Assembly: GCF_051201565.1 (NCBI RefSeq)
Contig: NZ_CP179200.1
Span: 1,500,001-1,532,000, forward strand
Direction of reading: 5' to 3'
From: Pseudothioglobus sp. nBUS_23
GTDB lineage: Bacteria; Pseudomonadota; Gammaproteobacteria; PS1; Pseudothioglobaceae
Length of the DNA stretch: 32,000 nucleotides
The notes beneath the pieces were generated by a model. That model worked only from the letters and a program-made list of their open reading frames with translations. It was not told the DNA's origin and made no database searches. Position 1 is the stretch's first letter. Each line of letters begins with the position of its first letter. Below are positions 8,261 to 18,500 of this stretch, piece after piece. A program made the translations under genes and the position numbers.

Positions 8261-9451
8261 TTAGCATCTTTTAATGATCCCAGCAGCCCCCATCCCAGTT
8301 CCAATACACATGGTTACCATTCCATAATCAATCTTTTCTCTTTGCATTGCAGAAACAAGTGTTGCAATTCTAATAGCTCCAGTAGCACCCAGAGGATGCC
8401 CAAGGGCTATAGCACCTCCAAGCGGGTTGACCTTTTCTGGATCAAGTTTTAACTCCTGAATAACAGCCAGAGATTGCGCAGCAAATGCCTCATTAAGCTC
8501 AATCCATCCAATATCATCAAGAGATAGGTCTAAGGAGTCAAGAACTTTAGGCACCGCCTTGACTGGGCCAATACCCATTATTTCTGCAGGAACTCCGGCA
8601 ACCGAAAAGCCCAGAAACTCAGCCTTAGGGATTAAATTATATTTCTCAACTGCCTCTTCACTAGCGACAAGAACAGCGGCGGCGGCATCAGACATTTGAG
8701 AGCTGTTTCCTGCTGTCACTGAACCATCTTGAGCAAAAACAGTTCTCAGTTTTGCTAAAACTTCCAAACTTGTATCTTCTCTAGGTCCTTCATCTTTAGA
8801 AACAAGATTAGTGTTTTTTATATATTCATTTGATTCAACTGAGTAACTATCCTCAACAGTTGAAATGGGTACAATTTCATTTTCAAATAAACCGCTATTG
8901 TTTGCTTTTATTGCTTTTTGGTGACTGTTGAAGGCGAACTGATCTTGTGCCTCTCGGGAGACCCCATATTTCTGCACCACTTTCTCTGCAGTAAGTCCCA
9001 TCCCATAAGCAATAGAAATATTCTCGTCTGACAAAATTTTAGGATTCATTGACGGCTTAAAGCCAGTCATCGGAACACTACTCATACTTTCGACGCCTGC
9101 AGCTATGACCAGGTCAGATGACCCAGACTTAATGAGGTCAGCAGCGTTAGAGACGGACTGAAGACCTGAAGAACAGAATCTATTGAGTGTATATGCTGGA
9201 GTTGAATCTGGAAGTCCAGCAAGCAAAGTTGCAATTCGTGCAATATTTAAGCCTTGAGGTCCTTCTGGCATCGCACATCCAACAATAATATCATCAATAC
9301 TATTGTTTATTTTTTCAATTGGATCTGACGCCTTTAGAACACTTTGTATAGCATGGACCAATAAGTCGTCTGCCCTAGTCTTAGAGAGCAAACCTCTAGC
9401 TTTTCCAACTGGAGTTCTTTTTGCATCAACAATATAAGCTTTTCTCATCAT
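8261..9451 (-). CDS. fadA: Acetyl-CoA C-acyltransferase (3-ketoacyl-CoA thiolase)
   Basis: 396 aa. N-terminus is RKAYIVDAKRTPVGKA. Active-site Cys context is LNRFCSSGLQSV. C-terminal elements are NEAFAAQ, GGAIALGHPLGATG and MCIGTGMGAAGI. Confidence 0.93.
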   Translation of the reverse strand: MMRKAYIVDAKRTPVGKARGLLSKTRADDLLVHAIQSVLKASDPIEKINNSIDDIIVGCAMPEGPQGLNIARIATLLAGLPDSTPAYTLNRFCSSGLQSVSNAADLIKSGSSDLVIAAGVESMSSVPMTGFKPSMNPKILSDENISIAYGMGLTAEKVVQKYGVSREAQDQFAFNSHQKAIKANNSGLFENEIVPISTVEDSYSVESNEYIKNTNLVSKDEGPREDTSLEVLAKLRTVFAQDGSVTAGNSSQMSDAAAAVLVASEEAVEKYNLIPKAEFLGFSVAGVPAEIMGIGPVKAVPKVLDSLDLSLDDIGWIELNEAFAAQSLAVIQELKLDPEKVNPLGGAIALGHPLGATGAIRIATLVSAMQREKIDYGMVTMCIGTGMGAAGIIKRC

Positions 9452-9460
9452 ACTCTCCAG

Positions 9461-11905
9461 TTAATTGCGAAGGGGTTTACTATTTCGAAGCATAAACTCA
9501 ATTCTGTCTTGAGTTTTCTGTGTTCCCAAAAGCTCAACAAAATATTTCTGTTCAAGATCTAGCAGCATTTTTGAATTGACAACTGTGTTCTCCTCAACTA
9601 GGGAGCCAGTCATCACTTTGGCCAATGACGATATGCAATATTTGTCATGTTCGGACATAAAGTTGCCCTCAAATAGGTTAGCAACCTGCGCCATAATATT
9701 TGCATATCCAGCCTTACCTACTACTTTGAATGTGTCATCAAGTGGGGACCTGAATCCTGACTCAAGCATTGCTAAAGCTTGCTGTTTAGCAACATAAAGT
9801 AGCTCATGGGGATTAGCAATAATGACATCTTCATTCTTTAGGTAACCCATTTCTTTAGCTTCCAAAGCACTAGCCGAGACTTTTGCCATTGCAATTTGTT
9901 CAAAATGTTTAGACAACAAAGGAAAAATATCATCAGACTCTTTGTTTAAATAAGCTCTTAAGGCCATCTCCTTACTGCCACAGCCAGCAGGAATGCCTCC
10001 AATTCCTACTTCTACAAGTCCAATGAAAGAGTTCATAGAGGCAACCACTCTATTGCAGTGAAGTAAAAGTTCACAGCCTCCTCCAAGCGCTAGTCCATCA
10101 ACAGCGGCAATGGTCAATATTTTTCCATGCTTTAGCCGCATTAATAAATCTTGAAGCATGCGGATAGTTTTCTTAATGGAGTAGAGCTTCCCAAGTTTAG
10201 GCAGCTCAGGATGCATCACCTCAAAAGCCTTCTTTTTTGCTTTGGATGTCAAGCCCGGATCCTTTTCAAGTAGGCCAAGCTTAATTGCTGAAATAACCTC
10301 ATAAAGGTTAGCACCTGCACAAAAATGTTCCTGCTCTTGTCTGATTACAAGGGCATGAAAACCATTGCTTTCAAGATAATCTAGGCATTCAGGTAGCTCA
10401 GTTAAAACACTTGAACTCAATACGTTCATTTTTGTTTTGAAAGAGACGCTAGCAACTCCATTTCCGATATCAATCAATTTAGTGGATTCACCATCTTTCA
10501 AGACCTCTAATTGACTTTTCCTCTCTCCACTCAGAACGGCCTTATTTAATTGCCTTTCGTAGACCGGATGAGAAGACCTTGGAATAAAATGACTATTATT
10601 TGGATTAAATGCACCCTCATCAGAATAGACGAAAGCTTGCTCCATGACCCATGCTGGCAGGGCTTGATTTGATAGAGTCTTGCCATCCTTAATGTCTTGA
10701 TTTAGCAACTCTCTTACCTCAGACCAACCAGTCATCTGGACTTGTTCAAAGATTCCTTTTTGCCAAGCAAACCCTGACTTTAATGCCAAATCTACGCATC
10801 TTGCAGTTTCAGCAACATGCTCCAGATGATAAGCAGTGTAATGAAATACATCGCGATGAACCGACCACAAAAACTGAGCCTGCGGGTCTTCACATTTAGA
10901 GAGTTCAAGAAGAGCATTTTCTATGGTTTTGCTATCTTTTATAATTTTCTTTACTTTAGAACTAATAGTTTTATCAGAAAGCCTATATTCTCCATCTTTA
11001 GGATCAAAGACAAATATGTCCTTGCCCACTTTTTCATAGATTCCCTTTCGAGTCTTGCTTCCTAAAGATCCCTTCTCAATTAACGCCTGAATCCAATCTG
11101 GAATTTTAAATAATTCAATCCAAGGATCATCTTGCGCATTTTCATAAATATTTTTTACTACGTTTGCCATTACATCAAGGCCAACAACATCTAAGGTTCT
11201 AAACGTAGCGCTCGCAGGTCTTCCTATTCTCTTTCCAGTCAGAGCATCAACTGTGTCAGCAGAAAGGTTAAAGTTCTCGGCATGCTTTAAAACTGCCATA
11301 AAGGAAAAGACACCAATCCTGTTTGCAACGAAAGCAGGACTATCTTTAGCATAAACAACCTCTTTGCCTAATGCTGAAGTAATGAAACCCTCAGCCTTGA
11401 TTAACAAGCTCTCATCACTATATGACGTTCTTATTAACTCAACGAGCGGCAAATATCTAGGAGGGTTAAAAAAATGAACTCCAAAGATTCGACTCCTCAA
11501 ACTATCTGGAGCAGACTCAGCTATTTTTTGAATCGACAAACCAGATGTATTCGTAACGAGAATGGCATTGTCGTTGACATGAGGTGATATTTGCTTAAAA
11601 AGCTTCTTTTTGATTTCTAGATTCTCAACAATCGACTCTATGATGAAGTCACAGTCTGAAATAGCAGTTAAATCATCGTAAGTTGATCTCTTAATTAATC
11701 CTGATACAGAGGGACTTGCAAAAGGTGTTGGCTTTAATTTCTTCATCATGGCTATGGATTTTGATAATGCTTCCTCACTAGTATCAAACATCGTAGTATC
11801 AAAACCTAAATTGGCGAAGTGGGCAGCTATCTGACCTCCCATTGTCCCCGAACCTAGTACAGCAATCTTAGTAAACGCTTTATCAAAATATTCTTTCATA
11901 ACCAT
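9461..11905 (-). CDS. fadN: Multifunctional beta-oxidation enzyme with N-terminal 3-hydroxyacyl-CoA dehydrogenase and C-terminal enoyl-CoA hydratase (FadN-type domain order)
   Basis: 814 aa. A Rossmann motif IAVLGSGTMGGQIAAHFA sits at residues 14-31, followed by HFFNPPRYLPLVELI (3HCDH). The crotonase-like C-terminal half includes FCAGANL and AAVDGLALGGGCELLLHC. Domain order is the reverse of E. coli FadB. Confidence 0.88.
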   Translation of the reverse strand: MVMKEYFDKAFTKIAVLGSGTMGGQIAAHFANLGFDTTMFDTSEEALSKSIAMMKKLKPTPFASPSVSGLIKRSTYDDLTAISDCDFIIESIVENLEIKKKLFKQISPHVNDNAILVTNTSGLSIQKIAESAPDSLRSRIFGVHFFNPPRYLPLVELIRTSYSDESLLIKAEGFITSALGKEVVYAKDSPAFVANRIGVFSFMAVLKHAENFNLSADTVDALTGKRIGRPASATFRTLDVVGLDVMANVVKNIYENAQDDPWIELFKIPDWIQALIEKGSLGSKTRKGIYEKVGKDIFVFDPKDGEYRLSDKTISSKVKKIIKDSKTIENALLELSKCEDPQAQFLWSVHRDVFHYTAYHLEHVAETARCVDLALKSGFAWQKGIFEQVQMTGWSEVRELLNQDIKDGKTLSNQALPAWVMEQAFVYSDEGAFNPNNSHFIPRSSHPVYERQLNKAVLSGERKSQLEVLKDGESTKLIDIGNGVASVSFKTKMNVLSSSVLTELPECLDYLESNGFHALVIRQEQEHFCAGANLYEVISAIKLGLLEKDPGLTSKAKKKAFEVMHPELPKLGKLYSIKKTIRMLQDLLMRLKHGKILTIAAVDGLALGGGCELLLHCNRVVASMNSFIGLVEVGIGGIPAGCGSKEMALRAYLNKESDDIFPLLSKHFEQIAMAKVSASALEAKEMGYLKNEDVIIANPHELLYVAKQQALAMLESGFRSPLDDTFKVVGKAGYANIMAQVANLFEGNFMSEHDKYCISSLAKVMTGSLVEENTVVNSKMLLDLEQKYFVELLGTQKTQDRIEFMLRNSKPLRN

Positions 11906-11914
11906 CCCAAATCT

Positions 11915-14371
11915 TTATTTATCAAAACTCTCGAAATCATCAACCTTTAATGCCTCAAGAACTAAATCATTCAACCTTAGCCAGTTCTCTTTATCCTCTT
12001 TGGATAAAGTTTTATTGTCGACAAGGCCTTGAAGCCAAAACTCTAAAGTAATGCTTGGCTGATATCTGTATCCAGCTTTTTTAGCTTTATCTCTCAACAC
12101 TTTTAACTCTTTTCCAGCCTCAAAACCTTGAAAAAGTATATTGAATGGATGCTCAGGCTTGTCTTTGAGGTTAGCGCAAATGCAGGTTGAAAGGTTGTTT
12201 TCTAACCACTCAGTATCAAGCACAGATTTTGAAGTATTGATAATCAGCTTGTCATTAACTTGAGAGGATGTAACTGAAAATGGAAAGAATAAAATTCTCA
12301 AGAGCCATTTCGCAACTCTATTGATAGGCATGCTTTCAATGTTTTTAAGCATCGATGTGTCTGCCTCCTCTATAAGCCTGAGAACTGAAAGCTTAAGAAT
12401 ATACTTTGCTCTCTCGTCATCAAGAAACTTCTCTTCATACAACTTAGTACAGGAACTAATTTCGTACATTGCTGATATTGAATCCGCGAACCTACCTGAT
12501 ATCATTTCTTTTCTTTTAAGTGAGCCTCCTAGGAGCAGAGAGGCGATATCAGTCAAACAGGCAAACTTAGCTGACAGCACAGAAAGATTTCGATAGTAGG
12601 CTTTAGTAGTTTGATCTCCATAAGGTTTAGCCAAGCGTCCTCGCGTCCAAGAAAACAAAATGGCTCTTGCAATATTGTTAATAAAGCTGCCCACATGATT
12701 AACGAGAGCTTTATCAAACTTATTGATTGAATCTTTGCTTTCATCATGAAGCGCTCTTAACTCCTCTAGCATCGTTTTATGGCATCTAATGAGCCCTTGT
12801 CCAAAAATCATCAGGCTTCTTGTTAATATATTCGCACCCTCTACGGTAATTGCAACTGGAGCACCTGAATAGACCTTGGATACATAATTCCTCTTTCCCT
12901 CCATGACTGCTCTGCCGCCATGAACGTCCATCGCATCGATTGAAGAGCTTTGGAGCAGCTGTGTATTCCTGTATTTCACAATCGCAGAAATGATTGAGGG
13001 CCTGTGACCTGCATCCAGTGCCCAAGTTGAAAGATTTATATTGGCGGTAGCTCTAAATGCATTGCTAGCAAGGTTTGAAAGCTTTTCTTGAATTCCTTCC
13101 ATTTTAGCAATGGGTATTCCGAACTGCTCACGTGTTTGCGAGTAAGTGCTTGTAGTTAGAAGCATTGCTTGGGTTGCTGACGCACCTGTAACTGGAAGTG
13201 AAATGCCTCTTCCTACACTGAGACACTCCATCAGCATCCTCCAGCCGTGTCCAAGCATTTTATCTCCACCAATGACCCAATCCATCGGTATAAATACATC
13301 CTTTCCAAAGATTGGACCATTTTGAAATGGCTCACCAATTGGTTTGTGCCTTGTACCAATACTCAAACCTTTTGTCCCCCTTGGTATTAATGCGCAGGTA
13401 ATCCCTAAGTCATTTTTTTTATGAAGAGGGTGATCTTCTGGAAGTAAATTATCTGGATCATAGGCTTTGAAAGCCAGCCCAATCACTGTTGCAATTGGAG
13501 CAAGTGTGATATAGCGTTTTTCCCAATTCAACCTTAGGCCTAGAACCTCTTTTCCTTCAAACTTGCCATGGCAAACTATTCCATTATCTATTAAAGAGCC
13601 CGCGTCTGATCCAGCAACTGTTGAGGTAAGTCCAAAGCATGGAATTTCTTTACCCTCTGCAAGCCTGGGAAGGTAATGCTGTTTTTGTTCATCTGTACCA
13701 TATTTTAAGAGCAATTCTCCCGGTCCAAGAGAATTAGGGACCATAACAGCAATCCCTAAAAATTGAGATGCAGAAGAGAGCCTTCCTACAATAATTGCGT
13801 GAGCAAAATGGGAAAAGCCTTTTCCATTAAACTCTTTTGGAATAATGAGCCCTAAAAATCCTTTGTCAAAGATATATTTCCATACCTCCTTGGGTAGATC
13901 ATGAGACGATTGAATTTCATGAGAGTCAACCATAGCACATAATGTCTCAACTTCATTATCAACAAAGCTTTGCTCTTCTTGCGTTAATTCTGTCGCCTCT
14001 AATTCAGTCAACTCTCTCCAATTTGGGTCGCCCTGAAAAAGCTCAGCATCCCACCAGACGCTTCCTGCCTCAAGAGCGATACTTTCTGTAACTCCAATTG
14101 GAGGCAAAGATTTTCGCATTACCTTGTACAAAGGCTTGGTGAAAAGAAGCTGCCTAATTGCCGGAACCAAAAGGACTCCAACTGCAAAAAGAATAAGCAA
14201 GAGAAATTGAGCTCCAAAATGATTAGCAATCACAGCGCCTGGATAAGTTAATCCAACAGCTAATAACCATAACTGCCACATCTTTATATTTGTCTTAACG
14301 AGAACCAATAGAATCAATACTATTGATAAAAGAAAAGAGAGTATAGAATATTCAAATATATTTTCTAACAT
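11915..14371 (-). CDS. fadE: Acyl-CoA dehydrogenase, FadE-type (large, N-terminal membrane segment)
   Basis: 818 aa (E. coli FadE is of similar size). Hydrophobic N-terminus, then SVWWDAELFQGDPNW, which parallels the E. coli FadE TTWWEGDLFQGKPDW region. ACAD core includes GLTSTVAGSDAGS. Confidence 0.9.
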   Translation of the reverse strand: MLENIFEYSILSFLLSIVLILLVLVKTNIKMWQLWLLAVGLTYPGAVIANHFGAQFLLLILFAVGVLLVPAIRQLLFTKPLYKVMRKSLPPIGVTESIALEAGSVWWDAELFQGDPNWRELTELEATELTQEEQSFVDNEVETLCAMVDSHEIQSSHDLPKEVWKYIFDKGFLGLIIPKEFNGKGFSHFAHAIIVGRLSSASQFLGIAVMVPNSLGPGELLLKYGTDEQKQHYLPRLAEGKEIPCFGLTSTVAGSDAGSLIDNGIVCHGKFEGKEVLGLRLNWEKRYITLAPIATVIGLAFKAYDPDNLLPEDHPLHKKNDLGITCALIPRGTKGLSIGTRHKPIGEPFQNGPIFGKDVFIPMDWVIGGDKMLGHGWRMLMECLSVGRGISLPVTGASATQAMLLTTSTYSQTREQFGIPIAKMEGIQEKLSNLASNAFRATANINLSTWALDAGHRPSIISAIVKYRNTQLLQSSSIDAMDVHGGRAVMEGKRNYVSKVYSGAPVAITVEGANILTRSLMIFGQGLIRCHKTMLEELRALHDESKDSINKFDKALVNHVGSFINNIARAILFSWTRGRLAKPYGDQTTKAYYRNLSVLSAKFACLTDIASLLLGGSLKRKEMISGRFADSISAMYEISSCTKLYEEKFLDDERAKYILKLSVLRLIEEADTSMLKNIESMPINRVAKWLLRILFFPFSVTSSQVNDKLIINTSKSVLDTEWLENNLSTCICANLKDKPEHPFNILFQGFEAGKELKVLRDKAKKAGYRYQPSITLEFWLQGLVDNKTLSKEDKENWLRLNDLVLEALKVDDFESFDK

Positions 14372-14485
14372 AAATCTTAATCCTGATTAATAACTTTAAA
14401 GTTAAAAGAGCCTTTTACTCAGACCAAAATTGGCTCTATTACTTATTTTGATAGCATTTAGTATAAATACAAAAATCAAAATATA

Positions 14486-14514
14486 ATTAACATATTATTA
14501 TAAAATATTAACAT
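14486..14514. promoter_or_regulatory. Direct repeat ATTAACAT x2 spaced 21 bp; candidate AraC-family half-sites in the fadE/araC divergent region
   Basis: ATTAACAT occurs at 14486-14493 and 14507-14514, a centre-to-centre spacing of 21 bp (two helical turns), within the 166-bp intergenic region 14372-14537. The background is AT-rich, so specificity is low. Confidence 0.2.
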
Positions 14515-14537
14515 TTTATTGTAATTTAACTTAAATT

Positions 14538-15530
14538 TTGAATACTTACAGCGGCGTATGGAGATGCATACAAAGACTCCATCAAATTTACCCTTTTGAA
14601 GTAGAAGACATATTCCAAAGGGTTGGCATAGCAAAAAGCTTTTTAGATAATCAAAATGTATCTCTACCTGTCGAGATGCTTAATGAATTCGTAATGAATG
14701 CTGAGTCGGTTTTTCAGGATGAATTAGTATCAATCAATTTTGGTCGAATGGCACAAGTGAGACCAAACTATGGTGAGGCTTTTGGTTTAGCATTTGTATA
14801 TTCGAAAAATCTAGAAGAAGGCATAAAACTAATTCAATCTTTTATTGGAACTGAACTTGAGAGCATTGACTTTATCATTAGTGACAAAGATAACTTAATA
14901 ACAATTCAATCCGTTGCTGATCCAAAAATAAAGCATCCATATATCTATGAAAACCTTGGGCTTTCTATAGCCGCATCCTTCATACGTTCAAAACGATTTC
15001 AGATTAAACAAATTAATACGAAAACAAGCACTCAGGCTAAAGGAGTTCAAGAAAAATCCCTATTTAATTGCCCCATCTACTGCTCTTGTGAAGAAACATC
15101 CCTCGTCATTAGTAAAAAGAACTATCTAAAAAAGAATGCCCTCTCCAATCCTAACCTTGTCAACTACCTGAGAACTATTCTTAAACATAAGTCGAACAAA
15201 GTTAGCTCAAACTTAAGTCTTAGAGATAAGATTGAGAGGGTGATGAATAACTATGAGGATCATTACAACCTAATCAATATTGAAGAAATATCAAACCATC
15301 TTGGATTAAGCACTAACTCACTTCGTAATCAATTGCTAAAAGAGAATACAACTTTTCGTGAGATATTTAATGGTTTCAAATTAAAAAAAGCTAAGCATAT
15401 GATTAATGAGGGACTTTCTATTAAGGTTATCTCATACCATCTAGGTTACTCAGAGCCTTCCTCTTTTGTGAGATGGTTTATAGGTCAAACTCAACTCACT
15501 CCAACTGCATTTAAAATTAACGCGCGTTAG
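14538..15530 (+). CDS. AraC-family transcriptional regulator (N-terminal ligand/arabinose_bd-like domain, C-terminal HTH_18)
   Basis: 330 aa. C-terminus is ISNHLGLSTNSLRNQLLKENTTFREIF...VISYHLGYSEPSSFVRWF. Start is TTG at 14538. An in-frame TAA lies at 14532-14534 and the first in-frame ATG is only at codon 47, inside the conserved N-terminal domain, so a non-ATG start is required. Confidence 0.85.
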   Translation: MNTYSGVWRCIQRLHQIYPFEVEDIFQRVGIAKSFLDNQNVSLPVEMLNEFVMNAESVFQDELVSINFGRMAQVRPNYGEAFGLAFVYSKNLEEGIKLIQSFIGTELESIDFIISDKDNLITIQSVADPKIKHPYIYENLGLSIAASFIRSKRFQIKQINTKTSTQAKGVQEKSLFNCPIYCSCEETSLVISKKNYLKKNALSNPNLVNYLRTILKHKSNKVSSNLSLRDKIERVMNNYEDHYNLINIEEISNHLGLSTNSLRNQLLKENTTFREIFNGFKLKKAKHMINEGLSIKVISYHLGYSEPSSFVRWFIGQTQLTPTAFKINAR

Positions 15531-18500
15531 AGCGCAAGAAGATTTGCATTGCCTCCTGATGCAGTTGTATCTTCAGTTACTACTTGCTCCTTAAGAAGTT
15601 CCCAGGCCTCATAAATTGAACTTACTATTGTAATTAGTTCACTTCGTGACGCCAATATAATTTCTTGCATTGATGTGGAATTGCCAGAATAAAACACAGC
15701 GCTGTATAAATTACTCACCAATAAACTCATACTTGGAGAGTCATTAAGCCTAAGTATATTTTCTTTTTTAAAGCCTAGTTCAATCAAGATGTTGCAGTCT
15801 TTACTGGAAATTGGACAAATGACACTATTACCTAAAAAAAGTGACAAGAGGGTCTGCTTTAATAATTCATCTGGCTCAGGCCCAAGACACAAAACTGTTC
15901 CTTTGGATTTATAACTTAACTGGTTTGACTCCCCTGTAGGCCCTGGTAATGAAATGTTAGAGCTATATTTCAAAACCTCTTGATTTAAAAATTCAAAGAA
16001 ATCCTCTTCAATATTTGGAAATGCTCTCTTCAGTTTTAATAGTAATTCATTACTTAACTGGAGTGATGGAGGGAGGGGTTCTCGAGCATCGATGGTATCA
16101 TCACTCAAAAACACTGTATGGTTTGATCTTTCTCTAGAAAGAATGTTTTGGCTGTAGCCATGGAGCGAGTTTGGGCCACCAGCTTTCGGGCCTGTCCCAG
16201 ACAAACCTTCACCGCCAAATGGTTGTGAGCCAACCACAGCACCAATCTGATTTCGATTGATATATATATTTCCAGCGTTAACTCTCAATGAAATATCCTT
16301 AACCTTTTTTTCAATTCTTGAGTGAATTCCAAAGGTCAGTCCGAATCCTTTCGAGTTTAACTGTTCTATTGTTTCTTCAAGCTCATCATCTTTATATGAC
16401 AATACATGCAGAATAGGTCCAAAGAACTCCTCATGAATATCGTCCATTGATTCAAGTCGGATTAATGTCGGCGATACGAAGAAGCCAATTTTTGATTTAA
16501 CATCTAACTCCTCGATAATCTGATTATTGCGTCTTGCTTTATCAATGTAGCTTTGTAATTTAATTTGTGCAGCTGAATTAATGACAGGACCGCACTCAAT
16601 ATCTAGATACTTTGTATTTCCACAACCTATCTCTTTCATAGCACCTTTAATCATACTGACTACTTCCTCATAGCAATCATCTTGAATCATTAGAATCCTC
16701 AGTGCAGAGCAGCGCTGACCAGCACTTTTAAATGCGGAATCAATAACATCTCTTGTAACTTGTTCACACAGCGCAGTAGAATCTACCACCATGGCATTTA
16801 AGCCTCCGGTTTCAGCAATTAGCCTTGCCTCTATGTTCCCACAGTCAATCAAGCTTTTCTTGATTTGCTTTGCGACTTCGTTTGAACCTGTGAATGCAAC
16901 GCCTGCAATTTTATTGTTGCCTGAAAGATATGAGCCAACTTCAGAGCCTTTACCCAAACATAACTGAAACAGTCCAACAGGGATACCTGCCTCAATTAAA
17001 AGTTCACTAGCCCTATAAGCAATAAGTGAAGTGCTCTCTGCAGGCTTTGCAATGACAGCATTACCTGCAGAGAGTGCTGCAGCTATTTGCCCTGTAAAAA
17101 TTGCTAGAGGGAAATTCCAAGGACTAATACAAACAAAAACACCTCTTGCCTTCCTTTGTTGGGGCATTACTTCTCTTGATAGATTTGCATAATAGCGAAG
17201 GAAGTCAACCGCTTCCCGAACTTCATCCGTCGCATCTTGATGAGTCTTCCCAGCCTCTCTCATAGCAAGAGTCATCAGCTCGTATTGATTTTCTTCATAC
17301 AGATCTGCAGCACGCTCCAAGCACTTCAGTATTGTTTCAGTATCAATCATTTTGGTATTAAAAGTACTTTTTGCAGATTCGATTGATCTTTCTATTTGAG
17401 CCTTGGTTGAATAGAGCGCATATCCAACAATATCATTTTCATCGGAAGGGTTTCTGACCTCTTGGTCTAATTTGCCTTCAATAGGATCTCTATCAATGAT
17501 CGGTTTTGCAATCCATTGGTGATCAAGCCAAATGTTTTTCTTTTCATAAAGCTCATCAACACTATACTGATCAGTAAATATGACGCTCCTTGAATTGCGA
17601 TGACTATTGTTGAAGATATCTTTTGGCAACTGAATCTTAGGGTGTGACTTTTCAGAATCTTGCTCAACAATTGAAAAAACATCAGCTGCCAAACTTTCAG
17701 GACGTATATTCTCATCAAATAAGTGGTTAATGAAAGAACTGTTTGCACCATTTTCAAGAAGACGCCTCATTAAATAGGCCAACAACTCTTTGTGGCTTCC
17801 GATTGGAGCATAAACCCTTGATTCGACGCCGTACTTTTTTGAAATGGCGCGATGCAAAGACTCACCCATTCCGTGAAGTCTTTGAACTTCATAGCCTTCG
17901 TTATTTCCTGCCATCTCACAGATGCTGACAAGCGAGTGTGCATTATGGCTTGCAAATTGAGGGAAAATCCTATCTCTCATCCCTAAGAGTTTTTGAGAGC
18001 ACACCAAGAACGAATAGTCAGTATTTATTTTCTTGGTAAAAACAGGAAAATCAGTATCTCCAAGAGTTTGTGAATGCTTAATTTCACTATCCCAATAGGC
18101 GCCTTTAACAAGCCTCACCATTATTTTAAGATTATGTTTTTGACAATTATAATTTAGCCAGTCAATCACATGCGACGCACGTTTTTGGTATGCCTGCACA
18201 ACAACGCCAAACCCCTCCCATGAAGAATTTGCAATTGCCTTCATCACCTGAGCAATAATATCTAGTGACATCTCTAAGCGATCAGCCTCTTCTGCATCAA
18301 TATTGATTCCTATGTTATAGCTTTGAGCAATTTGAACCAACTCTAGAACCCTAGGAAGTAATTCTGAGATTACTCTTTCTCGATGCAAGAAGTCATACTT
18401 TGGATGGAGTGCAGAGAGTTTAACTGAAATACCATTCGCACCAGTAACAGAATTTTTTTTGTTACATTTTCCAATTTCAATCAGAGCGCCTTTGTATGCT

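Noticed and set aside
8254-8304. 17-codon upstream extension of the NMO-family ORF overlapping the thiolase by 44 nt
   Set aside because: The extension (MELGWGLLGSLKDAKPF) is just the alternate frame of the conserved thiolase C-terminus. Met18 gives a normal NMO N-terminus with a 7-nt gap.
12321-13025. Short ORFs (91, 64 and 79 aa) inside fadE, and similar ones inside fadN (9576-9797, 10817-11065), fadD (6075-6365), secY (24290-24580) and other conserved genes
   Set aside because: All lie within, or antisense to, long conserved coding frames and have no start context or motifs of their own.
15518-15529. 12-bp perfect palindrome TAACGCGCGTTA (a GC island in AT-rich DNA) at the putA/araC junction, considered as a terminator or protein-binding site
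   Set aside because: It has no loop, so it cannot form a useful hairpin. It is fully explained by the terminal codons of the two converging genes (..AAC GCG CGT TAG and ..GCG CTC TAA). There is no independent evidence for a site.
17467-17955. Three short ORFs (96, 61 and 61 aa) inside putA
   Set aside because: All are embedded in, or antisense to, the uninterrupted and motif-rich PutA frame. They are chance ORFs.
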